This document shows positions 36,034 to 47,092 of a stretch of DNA of 64,000 bases, piece after piece. Source of the stretch: Bacteroidota bacterium. GTDB lineage: Bacteria > Bacteroidota > Bacteroidia > AKYH767-A > OLB10. The first letter of the stretch is position 1. Each line of letters starts with the position of its first letter. Made by a program: the position numbers and the translations under genes. Below the pieces are notes generated by a model. That model was not told the origin of the DNA and searched no databases. It saw only the letters and a list, made by a program, of their open reading frames with translations. The stretch is taken from the NCBI GenBank assembly GCA_029547265.1, contig JAKPPP010000332.1:2090-66089 (forward strand). The letters are read 5' to 3'.

Positions 36034-37572
36034 TTACTCTTTGATAAACTTATTATGTTGAAGTATTTTCCCATCTTGACTCTTGATTTCATATAGATAA
36101 AGCCCTGAAGGAAGTCTTGATATGTCAATTTGAGGCCTAATGTTTCCAAATGATTTACTCACAATCTTTCCTTCTGTTGAATAGATAGTCGTATATACTT
36201 CGGTATTTATTTTAAGTGTCGTTGAAATAAAGTTTTGTCCAGGGTTAGGGAAGAGATGTAATGCTTCTGAAATTGTGTTTTCTTGAACTCCAATAGTTGT
36301 GCATAGTACTGTGGATCCTGTAGTTAAAGATGTGAGGGTAGGGTTTATTGCTGTTAAAATTGGGGTATTCCCTCCATTATAACTATGCTGTGTTGCGCTA
36401 TTTGTTGTTGCACTTGCTGTTGCAAGTGTGAAGCCGGATGTGTTGCATTGAACAAGTCCCAATGAATCGATTTTTGTAACCAAGATTGTTGTCGATGTAC
36501 CGCCTTCTGATCCTACGGCAATAAATCCGCCATCGGCTGTTCTTTTTAGATCGTTGATTTTACTTCCTGCTGATCCTGTTGGAGTGTATTTCTTAGCCCA
36601 TTGAAGTAAACCGGTTGAATCGGCTCTGAAGATAACCCCTGTGTAATTGCCATTTGATAGCGATAAGGCATTAGCGGCTATAATATATCCTCCTGAATTG
36701 TCAGATAATATTTTTACAGGAATAAAATCATTTCCCGAACTTTTAAATTTCTTAGAGGCAACAACAGTGTTTCCTGTCGAATCAAATGTATTTAACGATG
36801 TTGTTCCACCTTGAATACTTCCGTAATCTGAATACGCAAGTAACGAAGGCTTGTTGCCTGGCATTAACATTGCATCTGAAGTGTAAATGCCGAAATTTGT
36901 TGAGTTGTTTTTAATTATTGTTCCATTCGTATCAACTATACATAAAGAATTAGTGAGATTGCAAAATGCAAAGGTTCCGTTGTTTAAATAAACAGCTTTG
37001 AAATTAGGACTAGCAAATTGATTGGTGTTTAAATGATATTCTTTAGCAATAGTTCCACTGTCATCTAAAATCATGAATGAAGGCTTAGCACTTCCTCCAA
37101 TAGCTGTTGTACCTGTAATGGCATATCTCCCTTGACTTATTTCGTATACACTGTTTACATAATCATTGCCTCCTATTGTTCCAAGATGCTTTACCCAAAT
37201 TGTATTGAAGTCGGTGTCTATTTTTGCAACTAATAAATCATAATCGCTGGTTGAGGAAAAATATGAACCGGCAATAATGAAATTCCCATCATATGTTCTG
37301 CACATCGCTTTAGCCAATTCTCCATTAGTTGTTCCAAATGTTTTCGATTTTACTAGGCCCCCTGCAAATGTAATTTCAGATATTACAATATCCATGTCTA
37401 TTCCGCTTACATACTTAGAACTCAATACAACGAAGTTGCCATTGGGCAGTTCCGTCACAGCAACAGCCTCTTCAGACCCGTTACCACTTAACTTAACTTG
37501 GAAGGTGTTTTGAGCTTGTAATGCAAGACTTTTCAATAGTAATACACATGCTATTAGTAAAATTCTATTCAT
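36034..37572 (-). CDS. Secreted beta-propeller-like repeat protein with T9SS C-terminal sorting domain
   Basis: Signal peptide, repeated G-x-Y/F-I/V-x-G/A strands, and a C-terminal LFPNPGQNFISTTLK...LPSGLYLYEIKS...KFIKE, typical of a type A T9SS CTD. Confidence 0.75.
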   Translation of the reverse strand: MNRILLIACVLLLKSLALQAQNTFQVKLSGNGSEEAVAVTELPNGNFVVLSSKYVSGIDMDIVISEITFAGGLVKSKTFGTTNGELAKAMCRTYDGNFIIAGSYFSSTSDYDLLVAKIDTDFNTIWVKHLGTIGGNDYVNSVYEISQGRYAITGTTAIGGSAKPSFMILDDSGTIAKEYHLNTNQFASPNFKAVYLNNGTFAFCNLTNSLCIVDTNGTIIKNNSTNFGIYTSDAMLMPGNKPSLLAYSDYGSIQGGTTSLNTFDSTGNTVVASKKFKSSGNDFIPVKILSDNSGGYIIAANALSLSNGNYTGVIFRADSTGLLQWAKKYTPTGSAGSKINDLKRTADGGFIAVGSEGGTSTTILVTKIDSLGLVQCNTSGFTLATASATTNSATQHSYNGGNTPILTAINPTLTSLTTGSTVLCTTIGVQENTISEALHLFPNPGQNFISTTLKINTEVYTTIYSTEGKIVSKSFGNIRPQIDISRLPSGLYLYEIKSQDGKILQHNKFIKE

Positions 37573-37666
37573 GAAGTAGGTGGGTTGTTTTTTTGTGAAA
37601 TTAAAAATATTTTTAGTTTGTCAATCTTATTCCTTATAAATTTCGTCATTTAAGTACTTTTGCGGC

Positions 37667-38578
37667 ATGGAAAAGTTGTTTTCAATGAGTAGTCGCTTCA
37701 CCGGACATCAAGGTAGTGTTTATTCGATGATTAGAGGTGAGGGTAATTCCTTTTATAGTGGCTCAGGAGATAAGCTCGTTGTTAAGTGGAATGCAGATTT
37801 GCCCAATGAAGGGGAAGTTGTAGCACGCGCTTCTGATGCGGTTTACGGGCTATTAATACTTCAAGAAGAGAATGTGTTGCTTGTTGGTCAAGCAGGAGGA
37901 GGAATTCATGTCATCAATTTACATGAGCGTGCAGAGAAACGTTTATTGAAAATTACACATACTTCTATCTTTTCAATGCAACTTAGTCCTGATGGGAAGT
38001 TTATTTTTGTCCTTACCGGCGATGGTTCTTTTTACGTATTGGAAAGAGGTACTCTTGATCAACTGGCAAACGTTAAGATTTCTAGCAGTAAGGTTCGTTG
38101 CATGATATTTAATGCCGATGCTTCGAAAGCCTATTTCGGATGTGGTGAAGGCGCAGTGCAGGAGATCAATATGAACGGATTTTCTTTCGGTAAAAGATGG
38201 CAAGCGCATCAACAAGGATTCTCGGTAAATGCATTGACTTTAACGCCTGATAATGAATTTGTGTTAACTGGAAGTCGTGATGCCCATATCAATAAATTTT
38301 CTTTGAGTAATTATAAGCTTGCTCAATCTGTTCCGGCTCATAATTATGCAATTTATGATTTGTCGATTAATAAAGATTCGTCTATGCTTGCTTCTGCAAG
38401 TAGAGATAAAACGGTTAAAATTTGGGATCCGGAATCGTTAGAAGTCATTATTCGCTTAGAAAAGCAAGAAGCCGACGGACATGTGAATTCGGTTAACAAG
38501 CTTTTATGGCTGAATAATACAGATTTACTGTCGGCAGGCGACGATCGTTCAATTGCTTTGTGGAAAATGACGGTTTAA
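37667..38578 (+). CDS. WD40 repeat protein
   Basis: GHQGSVYSM...[12 protein letters not shown]; [13 protein letters not shown]; [12 protein letters not shown]. Confidence 0.8.
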   Translation: MEKLFSMSSRFTGHQGSVYSMIRGEGNSFYSGSGDKLVVKWNADLPNEGEVVARASDAVYGLLILQEENVLLVGQAGGGIHVINLHERAEKRLLKITHTSIFSMQLSPDGKFIFVLTGDGSFYVLERGTLDQLANVKISSSKVRCMIFNADASKAYFGCGEGAVQEINMNGFSFGKRWQAHQQGFSVNALTLTPDNEFVLTGSRDAHINKFSLSNYKLAQSVPAHNYAIYDLSINKDSSMLASASRDKTVKIWDPESLEVIIRLEKQEADGHVNSVNKLLWLNNTDLLSAGDDRSIALWKMTV

Positions 38579-38604
38579 TACTTTGCTTTCCTTATTTTTG
38601 TTCT

Positions 38605-39642
38605 ATGCTTAACCAAAATCTTGATCCCGATAAAGACCGTTTGAATAGTGCGGAAAAGGATATTGAAAAAGTCCTTAGACCGGGCGATTTTAATGACTTT
38701 ACCGGTCAGGATAAGGTAATTGAGAACCTCAAAATTTTCGTAAAGGCAGCTGGTCAGCGTGGAGAGCCTTTAGATCACGTATTGCTTCATGGCCCTCCCG
38801 GATTAGGGAAAACAACGCTAGCCTATATCATTTCCAATGAATTAGGAACAAATATCAAAACAACTTCAGGCCCTGTTTTAGACAAACCGGGCGACCTTGC
38901 AGGCTTACTTACAAATCTTGAACCAAATGATGTTTTATTCATCGATGAAATTCATCGTTTGAGTCCTGTTGTTGAAGAGTATCTTTATTCTGCGATGGAG
39001 GATTTTCGCATTGATATAATGATCGAAAGTGGCCCTAATGCCAGGTCGGTTCAAATTCAATTAAATCCTTTTACATTGGTTGGAGCTACAACCCGCTCCG
39101 GATTACTTACTGCTCCTTTAAGAGCGCGATTTGGTATCACTTCGCGATTGGAATATTATGATGCTAAACGATTAACCTTAATTGTTCAACGTGCTTCTGA
39201 TATTTTGAAAATCGGAATTGCCGAAGATGCTGCTTTCGAAATTGCAAGACGTAGTAGAGGTACCCCTCGTATAGCAAACGCTCTCTTGCGTCGCGTTCGC
39301 GATTTTGCTCAAATAAAAGGCAATGGATTTATTGATTTGTCAATCGCTCAGTATTCATTGGCGAACTTAAATGTTGATGAATTCGGATTAGATGAAATGG
39401 ATAACAGAATTCTTTCTGCAATAATCGATAAATTCAAAGGCGGCCCTGTAGGATTAACTACTATTGCAACTGCAGTAGGAGAGGAAGGAGGAACTATCGA
39501 AGAAGTGTATGAGCCTTTCTTAATTATGGAAGGTTTTCTTGTGCGTACTCCTCGAGGTAGAGAAGTGACTGAAAAAGCATATCGACATCTAGGTAAGTCA
39601 TTTAGAAAGTCGAAAGGAACATTGTTCGAAGGTCTAGAATAA
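38605..39642 (+). CDS. ruvB: Holliday junction branch migration DNA helicase RuvB
   Basis: [15 protein letters not shown]..., Walker [10 protein letters not shown], Walker [10 protein letters not shown], and sensor/arginine finger regions ([35 protein letters not shown]). ATG 38605 chosen. Confidence 0.95.
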   Translation: MLNQNLDPDKDRLNSAEKDIEKVLRPGDFNDFTGQDKVIENLKIFVKAAGQRGEPLDHVLLHGPPGLGKTTLAYIISNELGTNIKTTSGPVLDKPGDLAGLLTNLEPNDVLFIDEIHRLSPVVEEYLYSAMEDFRIDIMIESGPNARSVQIQLNPFTLVGATTRSGLLTAPLRARFGITSRLEYYDAKRLTLIVQRASDILKIGIAEDAAFEIARRSRGTPRIANALLRRVRDFAQIKGNGFIDLSIAQYSLANLNVDEFGLDEMDNRILSAIIDKFKGGPVGLTTIATAVGEEGGTIEEVYEPFLIMEGFLVRTPRGREVTEKAYRHLGKSFRKSKGTLFEGLE

Positions 39643-39673
39643 TTTATTCTTGATTTAAATATTTTTTGATACA

Positions 39674-40612
39674 ATGCAGACGAAGAATAATCGTGAATTA
39701 ATTCGTAACGAAGCTCTTCGCCTAGGATTCGATCATGTAGGATTTTCTCGCGCTGATTTTTTAGAGGAAGAAGCTCCTCGTCTAGAACAATGGCTCTCGA
39801 AAAATTATCACGGTAAGATGAGTTATATGGAGCGTTGGTTTGATAAACGTCTCGATCCACGACTTTTAGTTGATGATGCTAAAACTGTAGTGTCATTGTT
39901 GTTAAACTATTTTCCCGAAGAAAGTACAACTATTGACAATCCGAAAATCTCTAAGTATGCATACGGAGAAGATTATCACTTTGTAATTAAAGATAAATTG
40001 AAAATCTTATCTGACTTTATTAAGAAAAATATTGGTGACGTAAACGGCAGAGCTTTTGTTGATTCAGCACCTGTACTTGATCGCGCTTGGGCTAAGAAAA
40101 GTGGATTAGGCTGGATTGGCAAAAACGGAAATTTAATCCATCCAAAGCACGGATCTTTTTTCTTTATTGCTGAATTGATAATTGATTTGGAATTAGAACC
40201 CGACGGTCCTATTCGCGATTATTGTGGAACGTGTACCAAGTGTATTGATGCTTGTCCAACACAAGCTATTGTAGCTCCGAAAATCGTTGATGGAAGTAAA
40301 TGTATATCGTATTTTACAATCGAACTGAAAGAAGCAATACCGAATAGTTATCAAGGGAAATTCGATAACTGGGCATTTGGTTGCGATACGTGTCAAGATG
40401 TATGTCCGTGGAACAGATTTTCAAAACCAACATCCGAAAAAGCTTTTGCTTCTGCCAATAAATTGCCAAATATGAGCTACTCAGATTGGGAAGAAATAAC
40501 AGAAGAAATATTCAAGGAAAAATTTAAATCATCTCCGCTTTTAAGAACGGGATATGGAGGAATTAAAAGGAACCTAAAGTTTATTTCACTACGTGGCGAA
40601 ACGCCTGCATAA
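39674..40612 (+). CDS. queG: Epoxyqueuosine reductase QueG
   Basis: [22 protein letters not shown]...[13 protein letters not shown]...CISYFTIE...[13 protein letters not shown] (two 4Fe-4S motifs). Confidence 0.9.
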   Translation: MQTKNNRELIRNEALRLGFDHVGFSRADFLEEEAPRLEQWLSKNYHGKMSYMERWFDKRLDPRLLVDDAKTVVSLLLNYFPEESTTIDNPKISKYAYGEDYHFVIKDKLKILSDFIKKNIGDVNGRAFVDSAPVLDRAWAKKSGLGWIGKNGNLIHPKHGSFFFIAELIIDLELEPDGPIRDYCGTCTKCIDACPTQAIVAPKIVDGSKCISYFTIELKEAIPNSYQGKFDNWAFGCDTCQDVCPWNRFSKPTSEKAFASANKLPNMSYSDWEEITEEIFKEKFKSSPLLRTGYGGIKRNLKFISLRGETPA

Positions 40613-40772
40613 TAACATCGCTGTACTTATTTCCGAAGGTCGCCAAGCACCACATCATCAGTAACTTACGCTCATCGGCTTTTAACCATTTGATGGCCTT
40701 TACCAACTCTTTGTTAAATAGAGTTCTATCGAAACTAACTTTCGTGAGAATTTCTTTTGAGTATTCGAACAT
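40581..40772 (-). CDS. Small hypothetical protein (63 aa)
   Basis: Non-repetitive, helical-looking ORF ([47 protein letters not shown]...). It overlaps the queG 3' end by 32 nt in convergent orientation. I recognise the pattern only loosely as a conserved Bacteroidota small protein. Confidence 0.4.
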   Translation of the reverse strand: MFEYSKEILTKVSFDRTLFNKELVKAIKWLKADERKLLMMWCLATFGNKYSDVIMQAFRHVVK

Positions 40773-40872
40773 AAATGTTTTTTATTGCTGAATGGAACTC
40801 TAAATTACAATAACCTGAAACGAAATAACGCAATAAATAGCAAAATCTTGCACATTGGGTAGTGTAAAACTC

Positions 40873-41439
40873 TTAATCCTCACTCCATCTGTAAGTTACG
40901 TTATCAACTCCGGCTAAATCCAGCACCCGATCCACCACTGTAGCAGCTAAAGCGTCGAAAGAGTCTGGGCGGCTGTAGAAGCTTGGACTGGCAGGGACAA
41001 TAATTCCCCCCGCAAGTGTAACAGTCTTCATGTTTTCAATGTGAATCAAACTAATAGGTGTATCTCGAGTAACCAGAATTAATTTCCTGCGCTCTTTTAG
41101 TATTACATCCGCTGCTCTCGTAGTTAAATCATTGCTGATTCCTTGTGCAATCCTCCCAAGAGTTCCCATTGAGCAAGGGCAAATAATCATTGTGTCATAT
41201 TTAGCTGAGCCGGATGCAAAAGGCGCCATAAAATTATTCTTATCGTATATGGTATAAGGGATTTTCTCAAAGTCACGATTGCCTAATTCAAATTCCCAAA
41301 CTGCTTTCGCGTTGTCGCTGAAAACCATTCCTACAGTTTCAATTTGAGCACTCAATTGCTGTAACTTTTCCAGTAACACTTTTACATAAATAGAGCCACT
41401 GGCTCCCGTTACTGCTACAATGATTTTTTTCTTTTTCAC
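40873..41439 (-). CDS. ubiX: UbiX-family flavin prenyltransferase
   Basis: IIVAVTGASGSIY...MIICPCSMGTLGRIAQGISNDLTTRAADVILKERRKLILVTRDTP. Confidence 0.9.
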   Translation of the reverse strand: MKKKKIIVAVTGASGSIYVKVLLEKLQQLSAQIETVGMVFSDNAKAVWEFELGNRDFEKIPYTIYDKNNFMAPFASGSAKYDTMIICPCSMGTLGRIAQGISNDLTTRAADVILKERRKLILVTRDTPISLIHIENMKTVTLAGGIIVPASPSFYSRPDSFDALAATVVDRVLDLAGVDNVTYRWSED

Positions 41440-41448
41440 GATGTTTTT

Positions 41449-42063
41449 TTATTTGCTTCCAAAAGTCTTCAGGAATTCAAAGGTAATAACAGTATTGTAT
41501 TGCCCTTTGTTTAATCTATAGGTCGATCCTGAGCCATGTTCTCGTATCGGAAGAACAGATTGTATCAATCCGAATTGAAAATCCCAGTTTTTGCCCAATG
41601 GGTAGCCTAATATGCCGTTGGCACTAAGATCGAACTTTAAAAAAGGCTTCATATATGGCATGTCGCCCAGTTGATCTTCTTCATGAGCTGAGAAGAGATA
41701 TCCAAGCGATGGTCCAGCCTCGAAATAAAGTTTTTTGCCCATTCGATAACGGTAAAGAATTGGCATTTCTATGTAATGAAGACGCATAAGGTAAAAAGAA
41801 GGAATTCCGTCAACTTCTCCACTGGGCTTTCTGCTCCCCTTTTGAATATATCCAAGGCGAAAACCGATACTTGATTTTTCATCAATTGATAATCTGACAC
41901 CTGCACCTATGGAAAAACCTCCCTTGTTGAATCCCGAAAGCTCATCACCAGAAACTTGGCTGCCCACCACTCCCCCGAACAACTCGGCTTTGAAGTTTTG
42001 AGCATTAACTCCTAGGTGAAAAGTTAAAATCAGAATGGTCGTAAATAACGATAAACTTCTCAT
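41449..42063 (-). CDS. Outer-membrane beta-barrel (porin-family) protein
   Basis: Signal peptide, alternating beta-strand pattern and a terminal aromatic-rich strand. Length is 204 aa. Confidence 0.65.
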   Translation of the reverse strand: MRSLSLFTTILILTFHLGVNAQNFKAELFGGVVGSQVSGDELSGFNKGGFSIGAGVRLSIDEKSSIGFRLGYIQKGSRKPSGEVDGIPSFYLMRLHYIEMPILYRYRMGKKLYFEAGPSLGYLFSAHEEDQLGDMPYMKPFLKFDLSANGILGYPLGKNWDFQFGLIQSVLPIREHGSGSTYRLNKGQYNTVITFEFLKTFGSK

Positions 42064-42240
42064 TCAGCAAAGATGAGAAAATCTTATCAATGGACATTTA
42101 TATACATGTTTACACCTTGATTTGTTGGAATCCATGATATAATTTGACTAAAATAAGTCGTTGTTTTAAAAATTATACCTAATTTTAAATTCTTATATCT
42201 CAATTTAGTATCAGATATAGGGCCGACCAACCTGTTTGCT

Positions 42241-42609
42241 ATGATGTATCGAAAGCTATTCTTGATAGTGATTTTAGTGTGCCTTAATGTTTTTAAGTCT
42301 TTTTCACAGGCAAACGCTAAGTCGTATAATTTAGTTGTAGAGATTCCTACTTTCACAGAAGAGAAAACATTACCGTATTTATTAAGTGCTATTTCATCAA
42401 CTACCGGTGTTGTGTTAAAGGAATATTGCGCTTATCAAGGTTGGATTGTTATTGAAGTTAATAACGAAAGATTTTCATGTACTGAAGATCCAATGTATTT
42501 GTTGAAACAACTGCAAATTGAAGGGATATTAAAAGTTGGTGCTACAAAGGAACAAGTAGAAGCATATTGTAAGGGAGGATTGAATTCAAGTCCGAACATT
42601 AAAAAGTAA
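42241..42609 (+). CDS. Small secreted protein, paralog A of a two-member family in this window
   Basis: Signal peptide, then LVVEIPTFTEEKTLPYLLSAISSTTGVVLKEYC... and ...EAYC. It aligns by eye with the 47093-47449 product and lies 7 nt upstream of the large cargo gene. Confidence 0.6.
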   Translation: MMYRKLFLIVILVCLNVFKSFSQANAKSYNLVVEIPTFTEEKTLPYLLSAISSTTGVVLKEYCAYQGWIVIEVNNERFSCTEDPMYLLKQLQIEGILKVGATKEQVEAYCKGGLNSSPNIKK

Positions 42610-42616
42610 TTACTGC

Positions 42617-45600
42617 ATGAAGAAATTATACTTTATCATAAGTTGCTTTTTATACTTGGTGTTTTTTTCTTCAAGTACAAAAGCTCAATGCACAGGAGGC
42701 AATCTGGGAGGAGCAATTACTCCAACTACATCTTGGCAATCTGTAGGAACTACAAATATTAACGGTAATAGGTATTTTACTTTTGTTGCCGCAGCAGGGT
42801 TTAACTATTACTTCTCTTTTTGTTCTGTCGACGGTGGAAGTTCAACTTATGACACTGAATTAACAATTTTAGATAATTCAGGTAATCCGGTTGCAGGTGG
42901 ATATAACGACGATAATTGTGGTTCTCAGTCATATTTGAATTGGACTTGTGTTACCGCCGGAACATATAGAGTACTAGTGACAAAATATAGTTGTGCCAAC
43001 CAAGCCAATATCGGCACTTTCGTTTACAAGATGGCGGCGCCGCTAAGTTGCCCCTCGGGATTAGGAGGAGGTACGATTGCAGTTGCATCTTTACCTTATG
43101 CGTCGGGTGCAGGAACTACATGTGGAAAGGGTAATGACCTAAATTCCTCAAACGTTACTTCTTGTGGATCTTCATTTTACCTAGGTGGAGAAGATATGGT
43201 TTGGGTTTTTACTCCTGCTATAACCGGTACTGTTACTATCAATTTAACATCATCAGGTTCATACAATGGTTTGATGTTGTACGATGGATGTCCTCTTAAT
43301 GGACAAGGTGGTTCATGTGTTCAGGTTTCGCAAAGTTCAGCCGGTAATCAAGCCATCACAGCTTGCTTAACCGGAGGAAGAACATATTATCTTATTTTGG
43401 ATGTATTCCCTTCACCGAATTGTAACCCTTTTACAAATCTCACAATTTCTGCACCTATTGCGGTTGGTGGATGTGCTCTAGGAACCGGAGTAAATAATAT
43501 TACACTTCCTTATTCCTCTACAGGAAGAACAACGTGCGGAAAAGTAGATGATATCACTTCTGCCTCTGCAATTACTTGTGGTAGTACGTTATATTACACC
43601 GGAGAAGATGAAGTCTTTGTTTTTACTCCGTCGGTAACAGGAAATATTTCGATTGTATTAAATTCTTCGGGATCATACACCGGAATAACATTGTTCGATG
43701 GTTGCCCGTCAACTGCAAGTTGTTCAGGTACCGCCGGAACTTGTGTTGCGTATGAGCAAAGCTCAACAGGAAGCAAATCATTATGTGCTAATGTTACCGC
43801 CGGTCATACCTATTATTTAGTAATCGATTCATGGTCAACTCCTACTTGTAATCCTTATGATATTTCAATAACTGCACCTGTTGCGTTATTGCCCGGTGCC
43901 ACATGTGGAAGCCCTGTAAATATTGCATCATTACCTTATTCGGCTAGTAATGAAACTACTGCTTGTATGGGAAATGATTATACTAATGCAAGCCTTGGCT
44001 CATGTGGTACTTTGTACGAATCAGGAGAAGATAAAGTGTATGCTTATACTGCTTCAGGAGCTGAATGTATTGGTATAACGATTAACGGTTCAAGTACAAA
44101 TTCGATAGGCTACCAAGTATATAGCGGCTGCCCCGGAAGCGCAGGTGCAACTTGTATTACTGGCGGTGGCGGAGCTAACTCCGGAACATTAACAGGAAGT
44201 ATTATTTTACCTGCTGCCGGAACATATTATATCATCGTTGATACTTGGGCAACTCCTAATAATGCACAGTATAATATTACTTTAACATCATTTGGTGCAG
44301 GTGCCACGAATGATCTTCCTTGTAATGCAACTCCTTTAATTTTAGGTATCCCTTACAGTGGTGCAAATAATTGCTCAGGAGGAGCAGGGGAGCCTGCAGC
44401 CCCTGCATGTTGGGTTACCCCAAATACAATAAATACAGTTTGGTATTCGGTGCAAGCTCCTGCTAGCGGACAATTACGAGTTCGGGTAATTCCTAATTCA
44501 TTAACTAATCCTCAAGTAGCTGTGTATAGTGGCACTTGCGGTAATGCGATGCCGTTAGTAGGGTGTAATGACGATGCAGTAAGTTGCGGAACTACCACCA
44601 ATTATAGTTGTGATTTAAATTTAACGGGTCTTACTTCAGGCGCAAATTATTTTATTGCTGTTGATGGATATGCCGGACTAACGGGGACTTTTTCTGTGCT
44701 GGCAATGGATGGAACACAAGCATTAACGCCACTAAATAACGGACAAGACTGCGGAATATATTTGCCGGTTTGTGATACCTCGATGAGCTTTGGTGATCCC
44801 GGATTTCAATCGTTCGGGAATATTTGTGATTTCCCGGGAGGAGGAACAAATTGTTTGCTTTCGGGAGAGAGAAGTTCCGTTTGGTTTGAAATTCCAATTA
44901 ATGCAAATGGAAATTTAGCATTTAGTATAGTTCCTAAAGATTGGCCTGGTGCTCCTAGTACTGTTGGTACCGATTATGATTTTGCTGTTTGGAAAACAGT
45001 GGGTGCAGGTGCTGTTACTTGTTCTGCTATTGCAGCAGGAAGTACTCCTGTGTCCTGTAATTATAATTTCTTAGGAGTTACAGGTTGCTATGGAAATGTT
45101 GTAGGTGCTCCACCTCCTGCATATCCCGGTTTTGGATCTTCATTTAATACTGCAATTCCTGTCGTGGCAGGTGAAACATACGTGCTCGTAGTGAGTAATT
45201 TCACTAATAGTACTTCAGGGTTTGATATTATTTTCGGAAATACCGCTCCGGTAAATTATAGCGCAACAGGAACACGTTCAACGTGGTCGGGTGGTATCGA
45301 TACCGATTGGTTTAAAAGTGCTAACTGGGGAGGCTGTCCGGTGCCTACATGCTCTCGCGATGCTATTATCAATGGAGGAATTGTTATTCAGCCTACGGTG
45401 GCAGCAGCAGGAGCTACTTGCAAAACATTAACAATAAATCCTGGTGCTACTTTAACATTGAATGCCGGTCTTACTCTTTCTGTTTGTGAGCATTTTATCA
45501 ATTATGGAGGATTTACTGCATCTCCGACTTCTACTGTTTTATTTGGCAACGCAGCCGTAAATCAGAATATGGATGGAAACTTAACAGTGCCAAATGCATT

Positions 45601-47038
45601 CGGTAATTTAACGGTAACAAAAACCGGAGGAATGGTTACTATGCTACAGAATACCGATGCTAAAGGAAATTTAAGTATTACAAATGCTACTTCATCTTTT
45701 ACGATGAATACAAAAAATCTTAAAGTGGGCGGAAATTTCTCGAACGTTGGAACTTTTATTCCTTCTACAGGTGTTTTAGAATTTAATGGAGTTGCACCTC
45801 AAACATATTCGAATACAGGATTAGCCGGAGCAGAAGTAGGTAAAGTAAAAATGAATCATAGCTCTACCGGACTAACACTACTTTCTAATATGACAATAAA
45901 TACAGGTGGTAGTCTTGATTTGACGCTTGGTAAAATTGTAACTAATGCATTTGAAGTAGCTGTGAAAAATAGAGCTGTAAGTGCAGTAACTACAGGTAAT
46001 GGTACAAGTTTTGTTCAAGGATTCTTACGCAGATATTTGTTTACTCAAGGTTCGTATGATTTTCCTGTTGGTGAAGCAACAAAAGGATATCAAAGAATGA
46101 ATTTGAATTTTAATAATCCTTCTTTCCCAACTTCAATAGATAATATCGTTACTAACTTTTTAGTCCATCCTGTTTTGCCTATTGCTCTGGGAATTACTGA
46201 ATGTGGTGCCACATATAGTAGTCCGGCATTGAATAATGGTTATTGGAATCCTGTCGCTTCTGCAACGCCTAATTCAGGACAATTCGATATCACACTTTAT
46301 AATACAAATTATACCAATGCTGCTAACCGCTGGACTATTCAAACAAATAATAGTGGCTCTTGGGTAGCAGCTACGGGTTCTTGTGTGGTTTCTCCCGTTA
46401 CTGCTGTGCAGAGGTTGGCGGTTACCGGCATTGCTCCGTTTAGCACTGCACAAGGCCCTTCGCCATTAGCTATCGATTTCGTTAATATTTCTGCAGAAGC
46501 TGTGTCAAATGCAATAAGTTTGAATTGGAATATTTATGATGTGAATGGCTTACTTGGATTTGATTTACTTAGATCTACTAACGGTATCGACTATGAGAGG
46601 ATTAGTTGGATTGATGCTTTGAGTGGAGTACAAAATAATGGTCGCTTTGGATTTAATAATGCAGATTATGATGTTGAATCGAATGTTTTATATTTCTATA
46701 AAGTCAAAAGTATTTCTTCTAATGGGCAGGAGAAATATTCAGCTGTAGTTTCTGCTTCAATTGCTGCAAGTGAATCTCGAATAAATCTTTTCCCTAATCC
46801 ATTAACCGGGAGTTCCGTTCTGACCACGTATTTGAAGAATGATGTGAATTTAAAGGTTGAACTTACCGATCTTGAAGGACGATTAATAAAAGTACTTTGC
46901 AATAAGCAATGCCGAAAAGGACTTCAAGAGCTTACCATTGTAAAGGACGACTTGAATTTAACTCCGGGACTCTATTTTTTAAAGGTTTCTGAGGGTGAAA
47001 GCATCGCGTTTGTAAAATTATTGGTCGCAGACAAATAG
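42617..47038 (+). CDS. Very large Cys-rich secreted protein (1473 aa) with PPC-like N-domain, three tandem Cys-rich beta-sandwich-like domains and a T9SS C-terminal sorting domain
   Basis: Signal peptide. The N-domain is YYFSFC...ELTILDNSGNPV...NDDNCG...YRVLV. There are three copies of a ~135-aa unit (C-x-G...SLPY...GED.V..FTP...GCP...TYYL(I/V)(L/I)D). The C-terminus (INLFPNPLTGSSVL...LTPGLYFLKVS...VKLLV) is T9SS CTD-like. Confidence 0.8.
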   Translation: MKKLYFIISCFLYLVFFSSSTKAQCTGGNLGGAITPTTSWQSVGTTNINGNRYFTFVAAAGFNYYFSFCSVDGGSSTYDTELTILDNSGNPVAGGYNDDNCGSQSYLNWTCVTAGTYRVLVTKYSCANQANIGTFVYKMAAPLSCPSGLGGGTIAVASLPYASGAGTTCGKGNDLNSSNVTSCGSSFYLGGEDMVWVFTPAITGTVTINLTSSGSYNGLMLYDGCPLNGQGGSCVQVSQSSAGNQAITACLTGGRTYYLILDVFPSPNCNPFTNLTISAPIAVGGCALGTGVNNITLPYSSTGRTTCGKVDDITSASAITCGSTLYYTGEDEVFVFTPSVTGNISIVLNSSGSYTGITLFDGCPSTASCSGTAGTCVAYEQSSTGSKSLCANVTAGHTYYLVIDSWSTPTCNPYDISITAPVALLPGATCGSPVNIASLPYSASNETTACMGNDYTNASLGSCGTLYESGEDKVYAYTASGAECIGITINGSSTNSIGYQVYSGCPGSAGATCITGGGGANSGTLTGSIILPAAGTYYIIVDTWATPNNAQYNITLTSFGAGATNDLPCNATPLILGIPYSGANNCSGGAGEPAAPACWVTPNTINTVWYSVQAPASGQLRVRVIPNSLTNPQVAVYSGTCGNAMPLVGCNDDAVSCGTTTNYSCDLNLTGLTSGANYFIAVDGYAGLTGTFSVLAMDGTQALTPLNNGQDCGIYLPVCDTSMSFGDPGFQSFGNICDFPGGGTNCLLSGERSSVWFEIPINANGNLAFSIVPKDWPGAPSTVGTDYDFAVWKTVGAGAVTCSAIAAGSTPVSCNYNFLGVTGCYGNVVGAPPPAYPGFGSSFNTAIPVVAGETYVLVVSNFTNSTSGFDIIFGNTAPVNYSATGTRSTWSGGIDTDWFKSANWGGCPVPTCSRDAIINGGIVIQPTVAAAGATCKTLTINPGATLTLNAGLTLSVCEHFINYGGFTASPTSTVLFGNAAVNQNMDGNLTVPNAFGNLTVTKTGGMVTMLQNTDAKGNLSITNATSSFTMNTKNLKVGGNFSNVGTFIPSTGVLEFNGVAPQTYSNTGLAGAEVGKVKMNHSSTGLTLLSNMTINTGGSLDLTLGKIVTNAFEVAVKNRAVSAVTTGNGTSFVQGFLRRYLFTQGSYDFPVGEATKGYQRMNLNFNNPSFPTSIDNIVTNFLVHPVLPIALGITECGATYSSPALNNGYWNPVASATPNSGQFDITLYNTNYTNAANRWTIQTNNSGSWVAATGSCVVSPVTAVQRLAVTGIAPFSTAQGPSPLAIDFVNISAEAVSNAISLNWNIYDVNGLLGFDLLRSTNGIDYERISWIDALSGVQNNGRFGFNNADYDVESNVLYFYKVKSISSNGQEKYSAVVSASIAASESRINLFPNPLTGSSVLTTYLKNDVNLKVELTDLEGRLIKVLCNKQCRKGLQELTIVKDDLNLTPGLYFLKVSEGESIAFVKLLVADK
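43049..44293 (+). repeat. Three tandem, diverged copies of a ~135-aa Cys-rich domain inside the 1473-aa gene
   Basis: The units are aa 145-280 (nt 43049-43456), aa 286-421 (nt 43472-43879) and aa 430-559 (nt 43904-44293). They share the SLPY, TTCG/ACMG-ND, CG..(Y/F)..GED.V..(F/Y)T, GCP and TYY(L/I)(I/V)(L/I/V)D landmarks. Confidence 0.7.
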
Positions 47039-47092
47039 GCTGAAACTTTTCTTGTAGCTATACGTAAGAATGCTATTAACGTGTAGCTTACC

